Shown here piece after piece: positions 15,741 to 23,840 of a DNA stretch of 38,024 nucleotides. The stretch spans positions 1 to 38,024 of the forward strand of contig JAHEIV010000001.1 in the NCBI GenBank assembly GCA_024639205.1. Direction: 5' to 3'. This DNA is from Deltaproteobacteria bacterium. Lineage in GTDB: Bacteria > Desulfobacterota > Desulfobacteria > Desulfobacterales > SG8-13. The translations under genes and the position numbers were made by a program. The notes beneath the pieces were generated by a model that worked only from the letters and a program-made list of their open reading frames with translations, made no database searches and was not told where the DNA came from. Every line of letters starts with the position of its first letter. Position 1 is the first letter of the stretch.

Positions 15741-17315
15741 ATGGCAAAAATCACGGAACATAGGTGGCGATTGGTGCTGGCCGCATGCTGCGGCCTGTTG
15801 CTAACCGGTGCATTTCCCAAGTTCGGTTTCCACTGGCTGGCCTGGTTTGCGCTTGTGCCCCTGTTGATAGCCATCAAGGGCCAGGGTGTCCGGTTGAGTT
15901 TTCAAATCGGTTTCGTTGCCGGGTTGGTTCATTATCTGACACTGGTATACTGGATTGCGTATACCATGCGGACTTACGGCTACCTGCCCTGGCCGGTATG
16001 CATATCTGTTCTGGTGCTGTTATCTGCGATTCTTGCGATGTATGTCGCCACCTTTTCAGCTGCCGTAGCAACCCTGAACCTGAAGCCGGCCGCCGGAATA
16101 ATTGTCATCCCGCTGGTTTGGGTATCTACCGAATACCTGCGCGCCTTTCTGTTTACCGGCTTTCCCTGGGAATTTCTCGGTCACTCCCAATTCCGCAATT
16201 TGCACATTATTCAGATTTCCGATATATTCGGAGTATACGGTATTTCGGCTCTGATTGCACTGGTAAACACGGTCATCGCTTTTCTGATCCCCTACCGCAT
16301 CGGGAAACCATCGCGAGAAAAAGCCACCGGCACAACGTTCGCAGTTGCAGCAATTTTCGCCGTTGTGCTGCTGTTCGCCATGAACTGGACATACGGTGAA
16401 TGGCGGTTGCGGACCACAGATCGTCTGGTCAAATCCTCCCCTTCGGTACTCGCTGCCGTGGTACAGGGGAATGTCGAGCAGTCCGTCAAGTGGAATTCTG
16501 ATTTTCAGATTGCCACCATTGACAAGTATCTGCGCCTGTCGAACGATATCATCGGCCTGCGACCGGACATCGTCGTGTGGCCGGAAACGGCTCTGCCGTT
16601 TTATTTCGGCCACAACAAACCGTTGACCGAAAGGGCCACCCGCGGCCTGCAGAAGATGGGGACCGACTTTATGGTCGGCAGCCCCGCCTTTAGACGGCGG
16701 GCCGGTGGGGTAGCGTATTTCAACAGCGCTTTTCTGACCGATTCAAACGGGGTGGTGCGAGCACAATACAACAAGTCCCACCTGGTCCCTTTTGGAGAAT
16801 ACGTTCCGCTCAAGCGCTGGCTACCGTTTCTCGGTAAAATGGTCGCCCAGGTGGGGGATTTCACAGCCGGTACGGTCGGGGAAACCATCCTCTGGAGAGA
16901 CCACCGCCTGGGTGTTTTGATATGCTACGAGGCCATTTTCCCGCACATCAGCCGGGCCATGGCCAAAAATGGTGCGGTGTTGCTGATCAACATCACCAAT
17001 GATGCCTGGTACGGCTACACGGCAGCTCCATACCAGCTGTTTTCCATAACCGTTTTTCGGGCAGTCGAACACCGCAAGTCGCTCGTGCGGGCTGCCAACA
17101 CCGGTATCAGTGGCTTTATCGACCCAATGGGTCGTGTTCTTTCGAAGACGAATCTGTTTGAAGAAAATGCAGTTGCGATGAAGGTGCCGCTGCTGGAAGG
17201 TCAAACGTTCTATACGCGATTCGGCGACTGTTTCGCCTTGCTCGGTTTGGCGATATCGCTGGCATTGGTTGCATTCAAAGCCGCCAAACAGATCCGGCAG
17301 CGACAAAGGCGCTGA
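15741..17315 (+). CDS. lnt: apolipoprotein N-acyltransferase
   Basis: 524 aa. The N-terminal polytopic membrane region is followed by a CN-hydrolase domain with VVWPETALPF (catalytic Glu), a Lys region, and VLICYEAIFP (catalytic Cys). Confidence 0.92.
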   Translation: MAKITEHRWRLVLAACCGLLLTGAFPKFGFHWLAWFALVPLLIAIKGQGVRLSFQIGFVAGLVHYLTLVYWIAYTMRTYGYLPWPVCISVLVLLSAILAMYVATFSAAVATLNLKPAAGIIVIPLVWVSTEYLRAFLFTGFPWEFLGHSQFRNLHIIQISDIFGVYGISALIALVNTVIAFLIPYRIGKPSREKATGTTFAVAAIFAVVLLFAMNWTYGEWRLRTTDRLVKSSPSVLAAVVQGNVEQSVKWNSDFQIATIDKYLRLSNDIIGLRPDIVVWPETALPFYFGHNKPLTERATRGLQKMGTDFMVGSPAFRRRAGGVAYFNSAFLTDSNGVVRAQYNKSHLVPFGEYVPLKRWLPFLGKMVAQVGDFTAGTVGETILWRDHRLGVLICYEAIFPHISRAMAKNGAVLLINITNDAWYGYTAAPYQLFSITVFRAVEHRKSLVRAANTGISGFIDPMGRVLSKTNLFEENAVAMKVPLLEGQTFYTRFGDCFALLGLAISLALVAFKAAKQIRQRQRR

Positions 17316-17485
17316 TCTTGGCCGCAATCATCCAAAAGCAGAATGAAACATCTCCGGGACTCGCCGATTGCCGGCTGCAACCACCGGGTGATAGCGCCGG
17401 ACGATGCTTGTTTCACAGGGACAATTAAACATAATCGGGGCGTAAAAACCTCACCCACCAGACAAATGACAGGAGGGCCAACCGC

Positions 17486-18578
17486 ATGTCAGCTGAACTG
17501 AAGCAAACCGTTGAAGACCTCGATCTAAAACTCGAACATTTACGGAGTTATCTTTGACCTGCCGGCCAAGAAGAGCCGTCTGCAGGAAATCGAGGTTCAG
17601 ATCGCCCGGGATGGCTTCTGGGACCACCCCGAAGAGACCAAGGGCGTTTTAAGGGAAAGAACCCAGCTTACCCAGCTACTGGAGCGCTTCGAACAGCTAT
17701 CAGACGACCTGGAGGATGCCGATGTGCTGCTTGACCTGGCTGTCGAGGAATCAGACGACCACAGTCTGGGAGAAGCCGGTGAACAGCTGCAACTGCTCGA
17801 GAAAAAAATCAAACAGCTGTCACTGGACATGATGCTCGATGGTGAAGACGATCAAAGCAACGCCATCGTCTCCATCAATGCCGGTGCCGGGGGAACCGAG
17901 GCCCAGGACTGGGCGGAAATGCTTTTTCGGATGTACCTTCGCTGGGTGGAGCGCAAAAACTATAAAGTCGATGTCATCGACTTTCAGCCGGGGGAAGAAG
18001 CCGGCGTAAAAAGTGTCACCTTTACCGCCGCAGGCCCCTATGCTTACGGATACTTGAAAACCGAGATCGGGGTGCATCGACTGGTGCGGATCTCGCCGTT
18101 CAATGCCAGCGGAAAGCGCCACACGTCATTTGCGTCGGTATTTGTGTATCCCGAGCTCGACAAGGAAATCGTGATTGACATCGAAGAGAGCGACCTGAGA
18201 ATCGACACATACAGGGCCAGAGGGGCCGGAGGGCAGCACGTCAACAAGACCAGCAGCGCCGTACGCATCACTCACCTGCCGACCGGAATCGTCGTTCAGT
18301 GCCAGCAGGAAAAATCACAGCACCGAAACAAAGAGATGGCCATGAAGGTCCTCAAGGCCAGACTCCACCAGGCGGAGAAGGAAAAGCAGGATGAGAAGAT
18401 GCGTGAAATCCATGAAGGCAAGGATGACATCGCATGGGGTAGTCAGATCCGGTCGTATGTATTGCATCCCTACCAGATGGTAAAAGATCACCGTACCAAG
18501 GTGGAAATCGGCAACATAACTGCCGTGCTGGACGGTGATATCGATCCGTTTATTGAGGAGGCGCTGCTCGTAAAGTAA
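17486..18578 (+). CDS. prfB: peptide chain release factor 2 (programmed +1 frameshift; join 17486..17554, 17556..18578)
   Basis: ATG 17486 follows AGGAGGG. Frame 0 gives MSAELKQTVEDLDLKLEHLRSYL, then an in-frame TGA at 17555. The +1 frame continues DLPAKKSRLQEIE... into ORF 17724..18578, which carries the SPF (RISPFNA) and GGQ (GAGGQHVNK) motifs. The joined length is 363 aa. Confidence 0.93.
17545..17558 (+). promoter_or_regulatory. prfB +1 ribosomal frameshift site (GGAG-U-UAU-CUU-UGA-C)
   Basis: The sequence GGAGTTATCTTTGAC contains the canonical CUU UGA C slippery/stop context, with an internal Shine-Dalgarno-like GGAG three codons upstream, as in E. coli prfB. Confidence 0.85.
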
Positions 18579-18638
18579 ACCAGAACCGAACTCAAACATG
18601 CGTCTAAGGATCCAGGGCCGTGTTGCGGACTGGCTCGA

Positions 18639-18669
18639 CAGGATCGGGGTTTCAGAGCCCCCGATCCTG
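18639..18669 (+). terminator. strong hairpin downstream of prfB (terminator-like, no U tract)
   Basis: CAGGATCGGGG (18639-18649) pairs perfectly with CCCCGATCCTG (18659-18669) across a 9 nt loop. It lies 60 nt after the prfB stop and lacks a T-run. Confidence 0.35.
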
Positions 18670-18777
18670 CGGACAACCTACCGTGTATGCTCCGCTTTCT
18701 CGCTACCCCACGCCTTGCCCTGAACCCCGATCCTCATATCTTTGGATCGGTTCGAATGTCAGGAAACTTCTGAGACA

Positions 18778-19347
18778 ATGGCCGAAAGCCCAATGAGCGC
18801 AGACCCGCTGGAGATCATCGAACAAGTCTGCGAGCGCGATTCACTCGCCTTCCGCATTCTTGTGGTTCACGGCGAACTGGTGGCGGGCAAGGCTGACGCG
18901 ATTGCCGCCCGTGTCGCGCACCTGAATCCGGATGTGCGCTTTATCGAAGAAGCTGCTTTGCTGCACGATATCGGCATGATCCTCACCAACTCACCGAAGC
19001 TGGGATGCCATGGACAGCACCCATACGTCTGCCACGGTGTGCTCGGACGAGAGCTGCTGGAAAAACGCGGCCTGCCGCGACACGCAATGGTCTGTGAGCG
19101 GCATGTCGGTGTGGGTATTTCCAGAGAGGATATCCGCGTGCAGCAGCTGCCGCTTCCAGACCGCGATATGCTGCCGCAGAGCATAGAGGAACAGATTATC
19201 TGCTATGCAGATAAATTTTACTCCAAAAACGGCAATTCGGCTGGATATGAAAAATCGGTCGAACAAATCCTGAAAAAGCTTCAAAAATACGGTAGCGACA
19301 AAACTCGTCGTTTTCAAGACTGGGTAGAACTTTTCGAAAACCGATAG
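18778..19347 (+). CDS. HD-domain phosphohydrolase
   Basis: In frame with ORF 18742..19347. The first ATG is at 18778 (MAESPMSADPLE). HD signatures are LLHDIGM, CERHVGVG and ICYADKF. Confidence 0.8.
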   Translation: MAESPMSADPLEIIEQVCERDSLAFRILVVHGELVAGKADAIAARVAHLNPDVRFIEEAALLHDIGMILTNSPKLGCHGQHPYVCHGVLGRELLEKRGLPRHAMVCERHVGVGISREDIRVQQLPLPDRDMLPQSIEEQIICYADKFYSKNGNSAGYEKSVEQILKKLQKYGSDKTRRFQDWVELFENR

Positions 19348-19352
19348 GTTGA

Positions 19353-19406
19353 GGGGCGCCGGATTCAAAAGGCCGGAAGGCTCACCGGTGATCGCCCCGT
19401 TTTTTT
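19353..19406 (+). terminator. Rho-independent terminator candidate after the HD-domain gene
   Basis: GGGGCG(CCGG) at 19353-19362 pairs with (CCGG..)CGCCCC at 19385-19398 and is followed by GTTTTTTT (19399-19406). It starts 6 nt after the stop codon. Confidence 0.6.
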
Positions 19407-19456
19407 AGCTGCCGCGGCGATTCGAATCGAACTGCTGAGAATCGCGCTTACCCCTT

Positions 19457-19897
19457 CTATGAATCCCGAAGACGAAATCGAATCCGCAGCACACCATTTT
19501 TAAGGTCGGTAGTGGTGATCTGAAAGCGGCCAATCTCACGAGTGGATGAGACATGGGGGCCGATGCAGGGACAGGCGTCATAATCGCCGATCTTTACGAT
19601 GCGGATGGCGTCGGATGCATCAGCCGGAATGCGTTCCAGGTTGAAGATGGCTTTCGCTTTCTCTTTGGAGGTCCACTCCTCAATCACCGGCAGATCGTCT
19701 CCGACAACCCTATTGACACGATTTTCGACCTCCCGCAAATCCGCTTCGTTGAGCTGCCGTTCGAAACGATAATCGCATTTGGATCTTCTCTTTTCGATGT
19801 GAGCGCTGATACAGCGGCCGCAGCCGAACAAACGATCCATGGTCTGGTTAAGAATGTGTTCGACTGTGTGCATCCGCGGATCGTAATTCTTCTTCAT
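19457..19897 (-). CDS. alanyl-tRNA editing protein AlaX-S-like (threonyl/alanyl tRNA synthetase SAD domain)
   Basis: In frame with ORF 19457..19963. ATG at 19897 gives MKKNYDPRMHTVEHILNQ. The HxxxH (HTVEH) and CxxxH (CPCIGPH) zinc motifs are characteristic of AlaX/AlaRS editing domains. About 146 aa. Confidence 0.85.
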   Translation of the reverse strand: MKKNYDPRMHTVEHILNQTMDRLFGCGRCISAHIEKRRSKCDYRFERQLNEADLREVENRVNRVVGDDLPVIEEWTSKEKAKAIFNLERIPADASDAIRIVKIGDYDACPCIGPHVSSTREIGRFQITTTDLKNGVLRIRFRLRDS

Positions 19898-20115
19898 ACT
19901 TCGTCTTCGGTCAGCGGTGGTTTGCGGACAGCGGGCGGGTAAGTTTTTCCCCTGAGATACCAAAAATCTTTATCCGGCTGGCGGCGGAGATTTTTCGGCA
20001 AGGTCAAGAAAAACAGGGGATTGTGCGGAGGCGTACCTGCAAGTACGCTGCACAAACAAATCCTGCAGTTTGACAGGGAGATTGCCGAAAAAGAACGCTT
20101 CTCGCCTGGTAAAGG

Positions 20116-21531
20116 CTACCAGCCCCAGGACAGGTATTGATCAATCGAATCCGCTGCCTTGCGCCCGGCTCCCATGGCCAGAATCACGGTGGCAGCGCCG
20201 GTGACAATGTCTCCGCCGGCCCAAACGCCCTTTTTCCTGGTTTTTCCGGTTTCCAGATCGGCGTCGATATACCCCCACTTGTTCAGCTGCATATCCTTCG
20301 TCGATTGGGTCAGTAGCGGATTGGCTCCGGACCCGACGGCTACCACGCAAAGGTCGCAATCCAGGCTGAACTCGGAACCTTCCATGGGCACCGGTCGGCG
20401 GCGGCCGGAATCATCCGGCTCGCCCAGCTCCATTTTGAGGCATTCCATGCCGGTCAGGCGTCCTTGTTCATTGCCGAAATAACGGGTCGGGTTGGTGAGC
20501 AGAAAGAATTCGATGCCCTCTTCTTCGGCATGGTGGATCTCGGCAGTTCGAGCCGGCATTTCGTCCCGGGAACGCCGGTAAACGATCCGGACCTTGTCGG
20601 CACCCAACCGCATGGCGGTTCTGGCTGCATCCATCGCCACGTTGCCGGCTCCCAGAACGACCACGTTCTTTCCGATGGGTATCGGCGTGTCGACTTCCGG
20701 GAAAAGGTAGGCCTTCATCAAATTGGCCCGGGTCAGGTACTCATTGGCAGACAGAATGCCGATCAGGTTTTCACCGGGGATGTTCATAAAGCGTGGAAGC
20801 CCGGCACCCACGCCGATGTAAACGGCATCGTAGCCTTCCTCTTCGAACAGTTCGTCGACGGACACCGTGCGTCCGACCACGGCGTTGCACTCGACTTTGA
20901 CCCCCAGCCGCTCGAGAAAATTGATTTCTTGGGCCACGATCGCTTTTGGAAGGCGAAACTCCGGAATTCCGTATACCAGAACCCCGCCCGGTTTGTGAAA
21001 CGCCTCCAGGATGGTGACGTCATAGCCTTTGACGATCAAGTCCCCGGCAACAGTCAAACCGGAGGGACCGGATCCGACTACCGCCACTTTCTTCCCGTTC
21101 GGTTTTGCTCTTGGCGGCAGTTCACCGGTGCCGTGAGCGCGCTCCTGATCGGCTGCAAATCGCTCCAGGTTGCCGATAGCCACCGGTTCGCCTTTCTTAC
21201 CGACAATGCATAAGCCTTCACACTGAATCTCCTGTGGACAAACCCTTCCGCAAACGGCAGGCAGGCTGTTTTTTTCCCACAGCTTCCGAATCGACTGGGT
21301 AAACTCCCCTTCCCGGATCAGGTTGATGAAACCGGGAATGTCGATTCCAACGGGGCACCCCGGCACGCAGGCCGGCTTCTTGCACTGCAGACATCGACCG
21401 GCTTCCTCGATGGCCATTTCCGCTGTTAAGCCAAGGGGCACCTCATGAAAATTCCGCGCGCGGACATGCGGCTCTTGTTCCGGCATTTTCAAACGGGGGG
21501 TTTTTTCCTTTTTCGCTGCTTGTCCCGCCAT
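20116..21531 (-). CDS. NADPH-dependent glutamate synthase small-chain-like oxidoreductase (NfnB/SudA-like)
   Basis: 471 aa, with GGAGGTGA upstream of the ATG. The N-terminal Cys clusters are CLQCKKPACVPGCPVG and CGRVCPQEIQCEGLC. Two Rossmann motifs are present (VAVVGSGPSGLT, VVVLGAGNVAMD). It is paired with an FNR-like small subunit immediately upstream. Confidence 0.88.
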   Translation of the reverse strand: MAGQAAKKEKTPRLKMPEQEPHVRARNFHEVPLGLTAEMAIEEAGRCLQCKKPACVPGCPVGIDIPGFINLIREGEFTQSIRKLWEKNSLPAVCGRVCPQEIQCEGLCIVGKKGEPVAIGNLERFAADQERAHGTGELPPRAKPNGKKVAVVGSGPSGLTVAGDLIVKGYDVTILEAFHKPGGVLVYGIPEFRLPKAIVAQEINFLERLGVKVECNAVVGRTVSVDELFEEEGYDAVYIGVGAGLPRFMNIPGENLIGILSANEYLTRANLMKAYLFPEVDTPIPIGKNVVVLGAGNVAMDAARTAMRLGADKVRIVYRRSRDEMPARTAEIHHAEEEGIEFFLLTNPTRYFGNEQGRLTGMECLKMELGEPDDSGRRRPVPMEGSEFSLDCDLCVVAVGSGANPLLTQSTKDMQLNKWGYIDADLETGKTRKKGVWAGGDIVTGAATVILAMGAGRKAADSIDQYLSWGW

Positions 21532-21609
21532 ATCACCTCCACACCATTCGTTTGTTCGGCAGCCAGACCACTGACAGGATGACTCGGATCCAAGGTGGTG
21601 TCAAATCAA

Positions 21610-22452
21610 TTACCTGGCGTAATCCGGTTTCAGCATGCAGTAGTCTTCAAAGCATCGTTTCTCGTCCTCACAGTATGCCTGAATACGCAGCATCAGTTCG
21701 TCGTAGTCGACCTGGTGGCCGTCGAATTCCGGGCCGTCCACGCAAGCGAACTTGGTTTTTCCGCCTATGGTTACCCGACAACCACCGCACATGCCGGTTC
21801 CGTCGACCATGATCGGATTCAGGCTCACGATGGTTTTCACCTGGTATTCACTGGTCAGTTTCGATACGAACTTCATCATCGGCACCGGCCCGATGGCCAC
21901 CACCATCTGCGTATCCCCCTTGTCGAGCACATCTTTGAGGGCATCGGTCACAAATCCTTTGCGACCGTAAGATCCGTCATCGGTGGTAATCAGCAGCTCA
22001 TGGGAGGCAGCGGCCATTTTTTCCTCCAAAATCAGCAGATCCTTGCTGCGGGCTCCCAAAATAGCGGTCACATGGTTACCGGCATCCTTCAGTGCCCGCG
22101 TGATCGGGTGCATTACCGCAATACCGGTTCCGCCGCCGACACACACGATGTTGCCCACCTTCTCGACGGTGGTCGGTTTGCCCAGCGGCCCGATAACGTC
22201 CTGGTATGCCTCCCCCACCTGCAGGGTTTTGAACAATGCGGTCGACTTTCCGACCACCATGTAGATGATGGTAATGGTGCCCTTTTGGGGATCGGTTTCC
22301 GCCATGGTCAGCGGAATGCGCTCGCCTTCCTCATTGGCCTTCAGGATTACGAATTGACCCGGTTTCGCCCTGGATGCAATGCGGGGCGCTTCGATTTCAT
22401 TGAGAATCACCGTGCCTTCAGCCATCTCTTCGCGATTGACGATCGTAAACAT
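21610..22452 (-). CDS. ferredoxin-NADP+ reductase-like subunit (NfnA/SudB-like; FAD and 2Fe-2S)
   Basis: In frame with ORF 21610..22458. ATG at 22452 is preceded by GGAGG with a 5 nt spacer (MFTIVNREEMAEG). It has an FNR-like fold with the RIPLTMAE FAD motif, GGGTGIA NAD(P) motif, and a C-terminal Cys cluster (GTGMCGGCRV...FACVDGP). Confidence 0.85.
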   Translation of the reverse strand: MFTIVNREEMAEGTVILNEIEAPRIASRAKPGQFVILKANEEGERIPLTMAETDPQKGTITIIYMVVGKSTALFKTLQVGEAYQDVIGPLGKPTTVEKVGNIVCVGGGTGIAVMHPITRALKDAGNHVTAILGARSKDLLILEEKMAAASHELLITTDDGSYGRKGFVTDALKDVLDKGDTQMVVAIGPVPMMKFVSKLTSEYQVKTIVSLNPIMVDGTGMCGGCRVTIGGKTKFACVDGPEFDGHQVDYDELMLRIQAYCEDEKRCFEDYCMLKPDYAR

Positions 22453-22541
22453 ATCCACCTCCGTTTAACCCCGCTCCCGGGGGATCGAATCAGATTCAAC
22501 CGGCTCCTGTCATCTCAGTGGTACAAAACCAAAGACGGATT

Positions 22542-22565
22542 TTAACCAAATACGCTTAACCAAAT
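22542..22565. repeat. perfect 10-bp direct repeat TTAACCAAAT x2
   Basis: TTAACCAAAT at 22542-22551 and 22556-22565 (14 nt period), with a related TTTAACC at 22464-22470. All lie in the divergent nfnA/tatD intergenic region. Confidence 0.3.
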
Positions 22566-22633
22566 CAACCCCTATCTTGCCAATCAAAGGTGATCATGCT
22601 ACACAGCGCCGCATGACGGGCAAACACCATGCG

Positions 22634-23416
22634 ATGCGGATATTTGACAGCCACTGTCATTTGGACGATCGAGCTTATGACAAGGATCGCCGGGAGGTTC
22701 TTGAAAGGGCCCGGCAGGCCGCGGTGACCAAAGTGATGGTGGTGGGAGTCGATCTGCAAAGTTCTCGAAAGGCCGTCCGCCTGACCGAGCAGCTCACCGG
22801 GTGCTATGCCGCGGTGGGGATTCATCCCCACGATGCCAAGGATTGCACAGAAGAGACGCTGACACAGCTAAAGCGTATGGCTCGAAGCTCCGGCGTGCAT
22901 GCCTGGGGGGAAATTGGCCTCGACTTCAATCGAATGTATTCCCCGCAGCCGGTTCAGGAAAAGTGGTTCATCCATCAATTGCAGCTTGCCCGAAAACTGG
23001 GCCTCCCCCTGATATTTCACGAAAGGGACAGCGGCGGGCGCCTTCTGCAACTCATTGCCGAACACGGCGGCCCGGGGCTTGAAGGGGTGGTGCACTGTTT
23101 CAGCGGCGGTCGCATCGATCTCGAAGCGGTGTTGCGCTATGGCCTGCACGTGGGAATCACCGGCATTGTGACGCTCCGGAAAAGAGGTGCCGAACTGCGA
23201 GAGATGGTGCCCAGCATACCGGCCGAGCGAATCCTGGTGGAAACCGATGGCCCTTATCTTACCCCCGCACCGGAGAAAAACCGTACCCGCCGCAATGAAC
23301 CGGCATTTGTCCGTTCGGTTTTACTCAAACTGGCCGAGGTACGCGGCGACAAACCGGATGAACTGGCCCAGGCCATATGGGAAAATACCCACCGGCTGTT
23401 TCGAATCCCTTATTGA
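22634..23416 (+). CDS. TatD family metal-dependent hydrolase
   Basis: In frame with ORF 22577..23416. ATG 22634 gives MRIFDSHCHLDD, the canonical TatD N-terminus. Later motifs are GEIGLDF, HERD, HCFSG and ETDGPYL. Alternative starts are 22613 (ATG) and 22577 (TTG). Confidence 0.85.
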   Translation: MRIFDSHCHLDDRAYDKDRREVLERARQAAVTKVMVVGVDLQSSRKAVRLTEQLTGCYAAVGIHPHDAKDCTEETLTQLKRMARSSGVHAWGEIGLDFNRMYSPQPVQEKWFIHQLQLARKLGLPLIFHERDSGGRLLQLIAEHGGPGLEGVVHCFSGGRIDLEAVLRYGLHVGITGIVTLRKRGAELREMVPSIPAERILVETDGPYLTPAPEKNRTRRNEPAFVRSVLLKLAEVRGDKPDELAQAIWENTHRLFRIPY

Positions 23417-23493
23417 TGCCCGTCATTCACGGCCCCGGTTATTCTTCGCACCTACTGTCACATTATTCGAAACCAACGAAACCAGCACGAAAA

Positions 23494-23775
23494 TCAGGCT
23501 GTCGGCGGATTTTCACGGAGGGGATAAAACCCGGTGATGAAACAATCGACCTGCGGGACGGCGATTTCACTCTGCCCGGGGAAAGTTAGCCGGGCGCTGT
23601 CGGCAAAAAAGAACCGGTCTGCACAAAGTACCAAACCGGCAAGTCCTGTCGGCAATTGACGCGGTCGGAAGTCGTAGAGCGGAAGAAGCGTTCCGCTGCG
23701 CTCAACGATTGAGGTGTAAATGATGGCTGAGTTGTGGCTCAGCCTGCCAAGGGCGGCCAGAGCGACGCCTCGCAA
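23494..23775 (-). CDS. possible small hypothetical protein (weak)
   Basis: 93 aa ORF in the 424 nt gap after the multiheme cytochrome gene, on the same strand. It has only a TTG start, no clear RBS, and no recognisable motif. Confidence 0.2.
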   Translation of the reverse strand: MRGVALAALGRLSHNSAIIYTSIVERSGTLLPLYDFRPRQLPTGLAGLVLCADRFFFADSARLTFPGQSEIAVPQVDCFITGFYPLRENPPTA

Positions 23776-23840
23776 GATCGAGGTAACAGCAAGATCGTAT
23801 GAACGAGGGGACGCTCTCCGGAAAAGGACCGTTCACCGTA

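Noticed and set aside
17555-17557. In-frame TGA codons as possible selenocysteine sites (the prfB leader, and the FAH remnant at 6274-6276)
   Set aside because: The prfB TGA sits in the canonical CUU UGA C frameshift context. The FAH TGA coincides with a frame change and a missing central domain. I saw no SECIS-like hairpin immediately downstream of either.
21595-22545. 316-aa plus-strand ORF opposite the NfnA-like gene, plus similar shadows at 20464..21213, 24660..25583, 28957..29736, 30064..30870 and 36146..36808
   Set aside because: All are antisense to genes with strong domain signatures, and their products are His/Arg/Gly-rich and low-complexity.
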